Shown here: positions 6,726 to 14,466 of the stretch, in pieces
Position numbering within the stretch: the stretch's first letter is position 1
How the letters are laid out: the number at the start of each line of letters is the position of its first letter
Assembly: GCA_022646745.1 (NCBI GenBank)
Contig: CP060262.1
Coordinates: 330,001 to 362,000 of the forward strand
DNA: 32,000 bases
Reading direction: 5' to 3'
From: Planctomycetales bacterium
GTDB taxonomy: Bacteria > 4484-113 > JAFGCY01
Notes under the pieces: generated by a model
The model's database searches: none
Told to the model about the DNA's origin: nothing
Seen by the model: the letters and a program-made list of their open reading frames with translations, nothing else
Made by a program: the position numbers and the translations under genes

Positions 6726-7661
6726 TCAGACCCCCAGCCTGGTATCGACCGCTTCCTGCTGGACACCATTATGGCTGTTGAATTCCTCCGGATGCAGTTC
6801 CTGCTGGATCGAGGCCCCCATTTCCGCCCCGAACAGCACGATGCTCGATGAGAAGTAGATCCAGATCATCAGCACGATGAATCCAGCCATCGGGCCGTAC
6901 AGCGTGGTGAACACCCCGCCGGCCAGCACCAGCCGGGTGAACAGGAACTTGCTGAGGTACCAGAAAAGCCCGACCGGCACCGCCACACCGAGGGACACTT
7001 TCCAGGGCACGCGGCGGGTCGGCAGGTACTGGTAGATCAGAAACACCACGAAGCAGGCCGCCAGTGCCGGCACGCTGTCCGTGATTAACAGCCACAGGCC
7101 GTCCAGCCGGAAGCCGAGGAAGGCTGGCACCAGGTTCTCCAGGTTGCGAAGGGCAGTGCCCAGCATGATGAACAGCCCGGTCAGCGCACCCGCAGCGATG
7201 AACAGCACGATCGAAACCAGCTTGCTGCGCAGGAAGGGCCGCACCTGGCTGCCGCCCCAGGCCCGGGTCAGCATCACCTGCAGGATCTCATAGAAGCGGA
7301 TCCCGGCCCACAGGAAGGACAGGATACCGACACCGGCCCCTGCGATGTTCACGCCCTCGGCGCTGATCTTGCTCACGCGGTCACGCAGCATCACGATCGC
7401 ATCCGGCAGCAGGTAGGGCCTGAGCACCGCTTCGAGGCTGTTGTAGACATCCACGCTCGGGCCAACGATCTGGGTCAGGATCACGAGCGCGAGGTAGGAC
7501 AGCGGGATCACGGAGATCACCACGAAGAATGACAGCGCGGCCGACATGAACATGCAGCCATGCAGGTGGTAGGCGTCGATCGCACGCAGCAGGATCCTGC
7601 CACTGGAGTGTTCCAGCATCTCAGTCCGCAGCTTCTGTGGCAGTCCGAAAAGGCGTTGCAT
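6726..7661 (-). CDS. YihY/BrkB-family integral membrane protein
   Basis: 311-aa polytopic ORF. SAALSFFVVISVIPL near the N-terminus and GPMAGFIVLMIWIYFSSSIVLFGAEMGA near the C-terminus are characteristic of the YihY/virulence factor BrkB family. Confidence 0.8.
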   Translation of the reverse strand: MQRLFGLPQKLRTEMLEHSSGRILLRAIDAYHLHGCMFMSAALSFFVVISVIPLSYLALVILTQIVGPSVDVYNSLEAVLRPYLLPDAIVMLRDRVSKISAEGVNIAGAGVGILSFLWAGIRFYEILQVMLTRAWGGSQVRPFLRSKLVSIVLFIAAGALTGLFIMLGTALRNLENLVPAFLGFRLDGLWLLITDSVPALAACFVVFLIYQYLPTRRVPWKVSLGVAVPVGLFWYLSKFLFTRLVLAGGVFTTLYGPMAGFIVLMIWIYFSSSIVLFGAEMGASIQQELHPEEFNSHNGVQQEAVDTRLGV

Positions 7662-7696
7662 GCGTAGTCCCGCGACCCCGCAATTATCGCAGGCGG

Positions 7697-8116
7697 ATGT
7701 CTCAGGAGCTCCGTCCCGCGCTATCGTTATCAGCGATGTCAGTTGAAACCATGCTGCCGGTCCTGATCAGCCAGCTCGAGGGCGGGCGTTCGCTTAACAT
7801 ATATGGCCTGATGCACCACGAGGCCGAGCAGTACGAGAATGGCGAACTGTTCGGCAGCGGACGCAAGGCCTTGCTGCAGCTGCACCGCGAGTTCCGCGAG
7901 GGCGTGAAGGGTTATCGAGGCGTCGTGCTGGACAGCCGCATTGAAGGGGACATCGCCTACCTGCACGTGCGCTACGAATTCACCGAGTCCGACGGCCAGC
8001 AGTACAGCATCCCCGGCATCCATGAGCTGCACTGGAAGGGCAACATGGTCATGCGCGAGGACTTCTGGGTGGAGAAGCATTACGCGAAGAAGCGCAAGCA
8101 ACTGTTTCCCGGCTAG
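7697..8116 (+). CDS. Small NTF2/SnoaL-like fold protein (tentative)
   Basis: The stop is firm (TAG 8114-8116). The start is uncertain: GTG 7637 (ORF track) overlaps the divergent yihY-like start, while ATG 7697 and ATG 7736 are alternatives. ATG 7736 sits 7 nt after a TATCGT hexamer. The alpha+beta pattern (GDIAYLHVRYEFTESDGQQYSIPGIHELHWKGNMVMREDFW) suggests a SnoaL-like domain. Confidence 0.5.
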   Translation: MSQELRPALSLSAMSVETMLPVLISQLEGGRSLNIYGLMHHEAEQYENGELFGSGRKALLQLHREFREGVKGYRGVVLDSRIEGDIAYLHVRYEFTESDGQQYSIPGIHELHWKGNMVMREDFWVEKHYAKKRKQLFPG

Positions 8117-11064
8117 CCAGCCTGGATCGCAGAACCCAGCAGTTGCCGGCCGAGGGCATCCAAGGTTGCGTCCTGCGGTTCCGGAATCCGCTCCATGCCC
8201 TCGGCCAGTTCGTCGAGGTGCATCTGCTCCACACGGGCCAGCGTTGCACCCTTCGCCGTCCAGGCAGAGATCGCGGCCACGATCCGCTCCGCCCCCGCCT
8301 CGTCAGCCTGCTCCTTCAGGTAGAGCCCGCAGACCAAAAGCGCCGTTGCCAGCAGGCGTTCGCCGCCGAGTTCGAGCGCATCCGCCAGTGCGGAGCTGAG
8401 CAGTGAATCCAGCGAGTCTCGCCGGCCGAGCCTGAGGCTGGCAGCTGCGATGTCGCACAGGCAGGCCGCGATGCCGTAGCGGTCATCCAGCTCCCGAGAG
8501 ATCGCCATGCTGCGTTCGGCGTACTCCAGTGCCTTTTCGAAGTCCCCGGTGACATAGCTCACCAGTCCCATGTTGCCAAGGCAGTGCGCCACTCCGCGCC
8601 GGTCGGCCAGGTCCTCACGGATCGCGCGGCTGCGCTCCAGCAGCTCCAGCGCGCGGGCAAAGTTGTCAATCCGGTACTCCGTCAGGCCCTGGTTGTTGAG
8701 CGAGCCGGCCAGGCTGTAGCGCTCGCCGAGTTCCTCCTGAATCGCGATCGCCTCATCCTGCATGCGCTGTGCATCCCGGTAGCGGCCCTCGGCACGGGCG
8801 ATCAGCGCCAGCCCGGTCAGCGCGGCCGCGATGCCGTACTGGTTGCCGATCCCGCTGTCGGTGTCCAGCGCCTGCTGGTACAGCCGCCGCGCGTTGCCAC
8901 GGTCGCCGCTGCGCAGGTAGACGCTCGCCAGGCTGATGCTGGCGGAGGCGTATGTCCAGAGGTCGCCGCCGTCACAGGCATCACTCATCGCACGCACGAA
9001 GTCCATCTTCGCGCCGACATTGTCACCGGCCGCACGGTTGACGCAGCCCGACAGCCAGCAGGCCAGCGCGCGGCTCTCAAGGTCCTCACTCTCCAGGAGC
9101 AGGCCGGCCAGCTCACGCAGCACACGGCGCGCCGCCGGCAGGTGCCCGTCACGTTCCAGCACGCGGGCCAGCCCGAGCAGCACCTGCACCTTCAGTTCAT
9201 CACTGCCGCTGCGCTCGACGTACTCATGCAGGCGGCGGAACCACTGCAGCTGCTCCCGCTGGCGCGTTGCCATTTCCTGGAAGCGTGCCAGGTAGCGCAC
9301 CAGCGGTGCCAGCAGCTCGTTGTCAGCGAGCCGGATCGCGGTCTCGATCGCCAGGTAGAAGTTCTCCGTCTCCGGCCTGAGCCGCGCCAGGGCCTCGATC
9401 TGCCCGGCCCCCTTGAGCTGCTCGCCGAGCCGTGCGATCAGTCTACTATAGCTAGCAGCATGCGCCCTGAGCACTTCATCCTGCCGGCCGCTGGCTTCCA
9501 GCTGCTCGTTGGCAAAGCGCCGCGAGGCGGCATCGCGCATCATGAAACGGGTCTGGGAGCCGCTCCTGCGGCTGACGAGCCAGCTGCGGTCCACCAGCGC
9601 ACTGAGCTGCATACGGGTCACGCCGGGCAGCACCTCCGCCAGCTGTTCATGGCTGAAGCCACCGCGGAACACGCTCAGGCCCTGCAAAAGCTCCTGCTGC
9701 TGCGTTGTCAGGTGCCCGTAGCTCCATTCACAGGAGGCGCGCACGCTGGAGTGGCGCTGCGGCATGTCGCTGTGGCGCGACTGCAGGTCCAAAAGCCCGC
9801 CCAGTTCATCGCGCAGCTCCTCGAGGCTGAAGCTGTCCAGCCAGGCCGCCGCCAGCTCAATCGCCAGCGGCACGCCCTCGAGACGGTGGCAGACCTGCTG
9901 GATCAGCAGGGCGTTGTCAGCATCAAGCAAGAAGTCCGGGTCAGCCTGCTGCGCGCGGTCCACGAACAGCGCGATCGCCTCCCCCGGCTCATGCAGCATG
10001 TCCGCCGGCGGGATGCCGAGGGGCTCGATGCGCAGCAGCTGCTCGCGGCGCAGGTGCAGCGGCACGATGCTCGTCACGAGGATGCTCACGCGCGGCGCTT
10101 CCCGCAGGATGCGGTCCACCAGCGGCGCGGCATCAGTGATGTGTTCGAAGTTGTCAAGGTAGAGCAGGAGCTCACGTTGCGCGAGGAAGTCCACCAGCTG
10201 GTCCTCTGGGGCGCGGCTGCCGTGGAAGCTGAAGCCCAGTGCATCCGCGATCGCCGAGACCACGCGGCTGGCATCCCCGAGGCTGGACAGCAGCACCTCA
10301 CAGGCGCCATGCTCGAAATGGTCCAATAACTCGGCGCAGCACTGCGCGGCCAGCCGGCTCTTGCCGTAACCCGGCGGGCCGACGATGCTCACCAGCCGGC
10401 GCTCGCCATCCGTCAGCATCCGCCTGAGATTGTCCAGTTCATCGCGCCGTCCGACGAATGTGCCGGCCTGTTCACTGAGCCGGCCCTTAAGGCTGCCGAC
10501 GGTCGGCAGCGGCGGGAATTCACTCTGGCCGAAGTCCGCATGCACGACCTGCACCAGCTCCTCCGGCTCGCCGAGGTCCCGCAGGCGCTGCATGCCGAGG
10601 TTGATGCTGGCTAACCCGAGCGGCAGGTCGCCGGACAGGCCGTCCAGCAGCTCGCGGGATACCAGCAGCTGGCCGGGATGGCAGCACTGGCAGATGCGCG
10701 CGGCCCGGTTGAGCGGCGGCCCGAACCATTCGCCGCCGCTGGACAGCTGGCGCAGCCGCCCACCATGCGCCACCACGCGCATCCTCAGCGGTGAATTGTC
10801 CGGCAGCAGGCCCAGCCCCTCCACCGAGCGCTGCAGCTCGACGGCGCAGCGCAGGCAGGCATCGGCACTGGCGAACAGCAGCAGGTAGCCGTCACCGAGG
10901 TTCTTGTGCAGCACGCCGCCCTGGGCAGCCACCTGCTCCTCGATCATGCGGTTGTGCGCATCCAGCAGGCGCGGGTAGTCGGACGGGAAGTCCTCCCACA
11001 ACCGTGAGGATGATGCGATGTCCGTGATCAGGATGTAGTGCTGCTGCAGCGATGCCGAATCCAC
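8113..11064 (-). CDS. Class III adenylate/guanylate cyclase domain fused to a STAND-type P-loop ATPase and C-terminal TPR array
   Basis: 983 aa. The cyclase motifs are ILITDIASSS (metal Asp), KNLGDGYLLLF (second Asp) and FGPPLNRAARI (Asn/Arg). The Walker A is GPPGYGKS at about aa 229-236, preceded by FVGRRDELDNL. The C-terminal half holds many TPR-like repeats (for example YQQALD, EKALEYAERSMAI). GTG start. Confidence 0.85.
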   Translation of the reverse strand: MDSASLQQHYILITDIASSSRLWEDFPSDYPRLLDAHNRMIEEQVAAQGGVLHKNLGDGYLLLFASADACLRCAVELQRSVEGLGLLPDNSPLRMRVVAHGGRLRQLSSGGEWFGPPLNRAARICQCCHPGQLLVSRELLDGLSGDLPLGLASINLGMQRLRDLGEPEELVQVVHADFGQSEFPPLPTVGSLKGRLSEQAGTFVGRRDELDNLRRMLTDGERRLVSIVGPPGYGKSRLAAQCCAELLDHFEHGACEVLLSSLGDASRVVSAIADALGFSFHGSRAPEDQLVDFLAQRELLLYLDNFEHITDAAPLVDRILREAPRVSILVTSIVPLHLRREQLLRIEPLGIPPADMLHEPGEAIALFVDRAQQADPDFLLDADNALLIQQVCHRLEGVPLAIELAAAWLDSFSLEELRDELGGLLDLQSRHSDMPQRHSSVRASCEWSYGHLTTQQQELLQGLSVFRGGFSHEQLAEVLPGVTRMQLSALVDRSWLVSRRSGSQTRFMMRDAASRRFANEQLEASGRQDEVLRAHAASYSRLIARLGEQLKGAGQIEALARLRPETENFYLAIETAIRLADNELLAPLVRYLARFQEMATRQREQLQWFRRLHEYVERSGSDELKVQVLLGLARVLERDGHLPAARRVLRELAGLLLESEDLESRALACWLSGCVNRAAGDNVGAKMDFVRAMSDACDGGDLWTYASASISLASVYLRSGDRGNARRLYQQALDTDSGIGNQYGIAAALTGLALIARAEGRYRDAQRMQDEAIAIQEELGERYSLAGSLNNQGLTEYRIDNFARALELLERSRAIREDLADRRGVAHCLGNMGLVSYVTGDFEKALEYAERSMAISRELDDRYGIAACLCDIAAASLRLGRRDSLDSLLSSALADALELGGERLLATALLVCGLYLKEQADEAGAERIVAAISAWTAKGATLARVEQMHLDELAEGMERIPEPQDATLDALGRQLLGSAIQAG

Positions 11065-11147
11065 TCAATTGGTCCATGGCCCAGGCCGGGCCGCCTGTAA
11101 TTGTAGTACCGGCCCGTACCAGCCCACCAGGTTTTGAAGTTTGGCAA

Positions 11148-12152
11148 TCAGCCCGCGGCGAAGATCCGCTTGCGGCGCTCCAGCACGTCATTGCATGCAT
11201 CGAGCACGCCCTTGACGTTCAGGCCCGCGAGGTCCATCAGCTCATACGGGTCGCCGCTGGAGAGGTACATGTCGCGCACCGCCACCAGGCGCACCGGCAC
11301 GAGGTTCTCGCCCTCCGCCATCACCGTCGCCACCGTGCTGCCCATGCTGCCGTAGTAGCTGACTTCCTCGGCCACCACGATGCCGCCGGTCTCGCCCGCC
11401 GCCGCCGCGATCGCTTCGCGGTCGATCGGCTTGACGCTGCTCATGTTGAGCACGCGCGCCGAAATGCCCTGCTCCGCCAGCTGCTCGGCAGCCAGGATGC
11501 AGCGTGAGAGCATCAGGCCATGCCCGATGATCGTGATGTCAGTGCCCTCCAGCACCTTGGTGGCCTTGCCGAAGTTGAAGGGCGTATCCTCACTGGAGAT
11601 CAGCGGCACCTTCTCGCGGCCGATGCGGCTGTACATCGGGCCGTACCACTCCGCCATGAACTTGGTGCACTTGAGCGTCTCCCAGTAGTCCGTGGGGTAG
11701 ATCAGCGCGGTGTTCACCAGCGGCTGGATGCAGGAGCAGTCCTCGGAGGACTGGTGCGTCGGGCCGTCCTTACCGACGGAGATGCCGCCGTGCGCGGCGG
11801 TGATCTTCACGTTGCAGTAGGAGTAGTCCACGGTGTTACGGATCTGGTCCCAGGAACGGCCGGCGAGGAACATCGAGTAGCTCGCGAGGTAGGGGATGAA
11901 GCCCTGCTTGGCGAGGCCCGCCGCCGTGTTGATCATGTCGTTCTCGGAGATGCCGCACTCGAAGAAGCGGCCGGGGTAGCGGTCGCGGAAGAACTTCGTG
12001 TAGGTGGACTCCGCCAGGTCGGCGTCGAGCACCACGACCTTCTCGTTGGTCTCGCCGAGCGCCAGCAGCGCATCGCCGAAGCCCTCGCGCGTGAGCTTGT
12101 CCTCCCAGGCGGAGCTGGGCTTGTAACCGTTCAGATAGTTGAGTTGTGCCAT
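11148..12152 (-). CDS. Transketolase, C-terminal (pyrimidine-binding plus C-terminal domain) subunit of a split enzyme
   Basis: 334 aa. TREGFGDALLALGETNEKVVVLDADLAESTYT, GISENDMINTAAGLA and HGGISVGKDGPTHQSSED are canonical transketolase Pyr-domain motifs. Confidence 0.9.
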   Translation of the reverse strand: MAQLNYLNGYKPSSAWEDKLTREGFGDALLALGETNEKVVVLDADLAESTYTKFFRDRYPGRFFECGISENDMINTAAGLAKQGFIPYLASYSMFLAGRSWDQIRNTVDYSYCNVKITAAHGGISVGKDGPTHQSSEDCSCIQPLVNTALIYPTDYWETLKCTKFMAEWYGPMYSRIGREKVPLISSEDTPFNFGKATKVLEGTDITIIGHGLMLSRCILAAEQLAEQGISARVLNMSSVKPIDREAIAAAAGETGGIVVAEEVSYYGSMGSTVATVMAEGENLVPVRLVAVRDMYLSSGDPYELMDLAGLNVKGVLDACNDVLERRKRIFAAG

Positions 12153-12184
12153 TGTCTTGTCCTGCCGTTCGCAGCGGCAGGAAG

Positions 12185-12190
12185 ATTATA
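12185..12190 (-). promoter_or_regulatory. Candidate -10 box (TATAAT on minus strand) giving the C-terminal transketolase gene its own promoter
   Basis: Plus-strand attata lies 32 nt upstream of ATG 12152. A CTGCCG/CGGCAG hairpin (12162-12180) sits in the predicted 5' UTR. The layout matches that upstream of the ppiC-like gene. Confidence 0.35.
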
Positions 12191-12200
12191 TAAGGTGCGT

Positions 12201-12245
12201 GGAGCTACCCGCTTCAGCGGTAGGAGGCCAGGCTGTTAGCCTGGC
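12201..12245. repeat. Palindromic module pair (REP-like), homologous to 2031-2053 and 2082-2104
   Basis: ggagctacccgcttcagcggtag matches 2031-2053 at 22/23 positions. gccaggc-tgtta-gcctggc (12227-12245) recurs reverse-complemented at 14411-14429. Confidence 0.8.
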
Positions 12246-12260
12246 TGCGGGATGCGGGAT

Positions 12261-12365
12261 GCCGAGCAATAAAGAATTAGTCCTGAGCAATGAGCCAATC
12301 CTGACTGAGCTAACTTCGATGCAACATGGACTCATTGTTCACTCTTCATTGCTCATTGCTTCCCC
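12261..12365. repeat. Heptad-periodic hairpin element (GAGCAAT dialect), inverted copy of 4052-4160
   Basis: 15 units of 7 nt in one phase. The reverse complement of 12332-12360 is agcaatgagcaatgaagagtgaacaatga, against agcaatgagcaatgaagagtgagcaatga at 4060-4088. A second shared block is ggctcattgctca. Confidence 0.85.
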
Positions 12366-12480
12366 CAGCCGCCGGACATTCAGGGCGGGGATCACGACAA
12401 AGGCGTGATCCTCGGGCGGGGATGTCAAACAGGCCGGCGGCTGGTGAGGATATCGGAGCTGGGTTGTAGCGGGTAGCGGA
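12361..12480 (+). repeat. 120-bp direct repeat, copy A (left flank of the low-GC orphan ORF)
   Basis: It aligns without gaps to 13128-13247 at an offset of 767 nt. The blocks gccggacatYcagggcggggat and cgggcggggatgtcaaacaggccggcggctggtgagga are near-identical, with a variable 23-nt centre. Outer stem is gccgccgg/ccggcggc. Confidence 0.85.
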
Positions 12481-12531
12481 AGAACTGAAGAACGGAGGTG
12501 TGCAATATATCTGAACAGCTATAATCCTGAA

Positions 12532-13083
12532 ATGAAACTTCCTCAGCCCCAAAACTGGTGGGATAACTCAATGCTTAAGGACGCGGAGATCCAGGTGTAT
12601 GACAATTCTCTCGAGTTGAGTCCCCATTCTATCTACATGAAGGCTCTGTTGGATGAAGAAAAACCACCGTGGATTGACGAAATCTATGCAATTCGATGGC
12701 GCGATGATTGGCAATGGCAGATTCTATTCGAATCAAAGTGTGAGTTTGATTCAGCTCGGACAATTGTAGTTATCTCAAATCAGGATGATCAATTCCTCGA
12801 AATAGACACTATGTGGTCACATACTCACATGTCTCCATGTGATGTGATTGATTGGATCGTCAGAATGCGAACGGAGTCACTAGTCGAGATTGTTTACTTC
12901 ATTGACAATGAAGACCGGGGAGGTGCTTACAAAGAAGCTTCATACCTTAAGACCGCCAATCCACAGCAAGAAGTACTGGACTTTTTTCGCAAAGTTGGAA
13001 GTACCAACATAGGCAAGGTTGTCACTAGAGCTGTATTCTCATGGAAGGGAACATTTGACTCGGTAATGGAAGTCAGATTGTAA
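12532..13083 (+). CDS. Orphan hypothetical protein in a low-GC (about 40%) insert
   Basis: 183-aa uninterrupted ORF, acidic and Trp-rich, with no motif I recognise. TATAAT (12520-12525) lies 6 nt upstream of the ATG. An alternative start is ATG 12571, after ggtggga. Composition contrasts sharply with the flanks. Confidence 0.6.
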   Translation: MKLPQPQNWWDNSMLKDAEIQVYDNSLELSPHSIYMKALLDEEKPPWIDEIYAIRWRDDWQWQILFESKCEFDSARTIVVISNQDDQFLEIDTMWSHTHMSPCDVIDWIVRMRTESLVEIVYFIDNEDRGGAYKEASYLKTANPQQEVLDFFRKVGSTNIGKVVTRAVFSWKGTFDSVMEVRL

Positions 13084-13127
13084 CTGAAAGCAGTTGCCAA
13101 AAAAATGTGATATTCGGCTTCAACTGG

Positions 13128-13247
13128 TTCCCAAGTCGCCGGACATCCAGGGCGGGGATTGAGCCGCAGGCGAGATCCACGGGCGGGGATGTCAAACAGG
13201 CCGGCGGCTGGTGAGGACTTTGGAGCTGGGTTATAGGGTGTAGCGGA
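13128..13247 (+). repeat. 120-bp direct repeat, copy B (right flank of the low-GC orphan ORF)
   Basis: See copy A. The outer stem keeps pairing through a C-to-T change (gtcgccgg/ccggcggc, giving a G-U pair). Confidence 0.85.
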
Positions 13248-13258
13248 TGGATCCAGAT

Positions 13259-14140
13259 CTAAGTCTTCAGCCGCGAATCAAGCCAGGCGTAGGCATACTC
13301 CCGCATCTCAGGAGTGAACACATGTCCGCCTTCGTAGATCTTCAGTTCCACCTCCTGGGTCGGGTAACTGGCCCTGATGTAATCAGCGAGCGCTTGTGCA
13401 CCAAAGCTGTACTTGTCCTGCGTCGTTGCCGAGATCAGCGTAGAGCAATTGTCAAACAGGCCGACCAGATCCCCGATATCACCCCAGCCGGCAATCCCCG
13501 GAATCGCAAACTCCAGCTGGATGCCAATGTCCTTCTCCATCGATTCCGCATATGAAATGCAGCGGCAGTTTGAAACGGTGGCCCTGATGCGATTGTCAAA
13601 TGCCGGATACCATAGTGCCATCTGCCCGCCATAGGAATGGCCGATGAAACCGATTCTGTCAGCATCAACTTCGGGCAGCGTGCACAGGTAATCCACCGCA
13701 GCAGTGATGTCGTGGACAGCCTTGGCATTCAGCGAAGATCCCTGCACCAGCCGGGCTGTGAACTCCCTGTACGCTGTGCCGCCTGTATTGCCGGTATCGT
13801 TGCGCTCTTCGAAGCCGATCGCATCCGGCGCAATGACAACATAGCCCCGCTCGGCAAGCTCCTTTGCATAGCACTGATCCGGGTCCCCTGCCAGGCCGAC
13901 CACCTCACTCTTGCCAAGCTCAAAATTGCCGGCATGCTGGTGATGGGCGAAGATGGCTGGCAACTTTCCCCCATGCTTCGGAAGCAGCAGATAAGCGCTG
14001 ATCCGTTCGCCTGCTTCTGAAGCATATTCAACCTTCCGCTGAATGTAAGAACCCTTATCCTCCTCAGCCAGGACAACTGGCTCGAGTGCTGCCTTGCCAG
14101 GGAAATCGCCGAGGAGCTTCAGGAGTTCGCGCTTCTTCAT
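13259..14140 (-). CDS. Alpha/beta hydrolase, dienelactone-hydrolase-like esterase
   Basis: 293 aa with nucleophile elbow GHSYGG and a C-terminal His in YEGGHVF. GC is intermediate, in the mid-50s% by hand count. TACAAT lies 6 nt upstream of the ATG and no SD is present. Confidence 0.75.
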   Translation of the reverse strand: MKKRELLKLLGDFPGKAALEPVVLAEEDKGSYIQRKVEYASEAGERISAYLLLPKHGGKLPAIFAHHQHAGNFELGKSEVVGLAGDPDQCYAKELAERGYVVIAPDAIGFEERNDTGNTGGTAYREFTARLVQGSSLNAKAVHDITAAVDYLCTLPEVDADRIGFIGHSYGGQMALWYPAFDNRIRATVSNCRCISYAESMEKDIGIQLEFAIPGIAGWGDIGDLVGLFDNCSTLISATTQDKYSFGAQALADYIRASYPTQEVELKIYEGGHVFTPEMREYAYAWLDSRLKT

Positions 14141-14197
14141 GGCCTGATTGTAGCCCAGCCGCTCAGACCCGTCCCGTACTGGATGTCCGTCGGCTGC

Positions 14198-14281
14198 GGA
14201 GTGTAGCTCTTAAGAGCTACATGGCCCTGTCGGTCTTTGACCGACACTCCGAATACCTTGCCGCCTCATACAAGTATTCGG
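14198..14281. repeat. Nested palindromic (REP-like) module cluster
   Basis: Outer stem ggagtg/cactcc (14198-14250) encloses the perfect 18-nt palindrome gtagctcttaagagctac (14203-14220) and gtcggtc-ttt-gaccgac (14229-14245). It is followed by ccgaatac...gtattcgg (14249-14281). Confidence 0.8.
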
Positions 14282-14379
14282 CGGTCTGTCGCTGAGGCCG
14301 GCAAATCCGTCCGGGTCGCGAACATGAAGGAATCGGCTTGTGCGACAATCACGCCAGGGCGTTATCGCAGCTCCTGATC

Positions 14380-14466
14380 CTCATTCTGATTCTCTTTCTG
14401 CTTCTGCCTTGCCAGGCTAACAGCCTGGCCTCCCTTCTGCCTACTGCCAACTGCCTACTGCCCACT
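14380..14466. repeat. Heptad array (NNCTGCC dialect) interrupted by a palindrome and running into a stop codon
   Basis: The sequence ...tctttct gcttctg ccttgcc is followed by the palindrome gccaggctaacagcctggc (14411-14429), then cccttct gcctact gccaact gcctact gcccact. The TAG stop of the VOC gene (14455-14457) lies inside a unit. Confidence 0.8.

Noticed and set aside
8584-10329. 581-aa plus-strand ORF inside the cyclase-STAND-TPR gene, and similar large antisense ORFs at 11520-12239, 15556-16332, 19851-21719, 21729-22649, 22938-23855, 23856-24827, 25723-26781 and 29027-30604
   Set aside because: All lie fully within, and antisense to, genes with strong domain evidence. Their composition is low-complexity (R, A, G, H, V, Q). 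They have no plausible RBS or independent motifs.
12361-13247. Integron gene cassette, with the 120-bp repeats as attC sites
   Set aside because: I could not find the RYYYAAC/GTTRRRY core sites at the repeat ends, and no integrase or attI lies in the window. The resemblance is architectural only, so the idea is kept as a hypothesis inside the finding and not as a call.
14249-14285. H-type pseudoknot (the loop gccgcc of the ccgaatac/gtattcgg hairpin pairing with downstream ggcgg)
   Set aside because: The downstream ggcgg overlaps nucleotides already used in the hairpin stem (14279-14281), so the two pairings are mutually exclusive as drawn. Support is insufficient.
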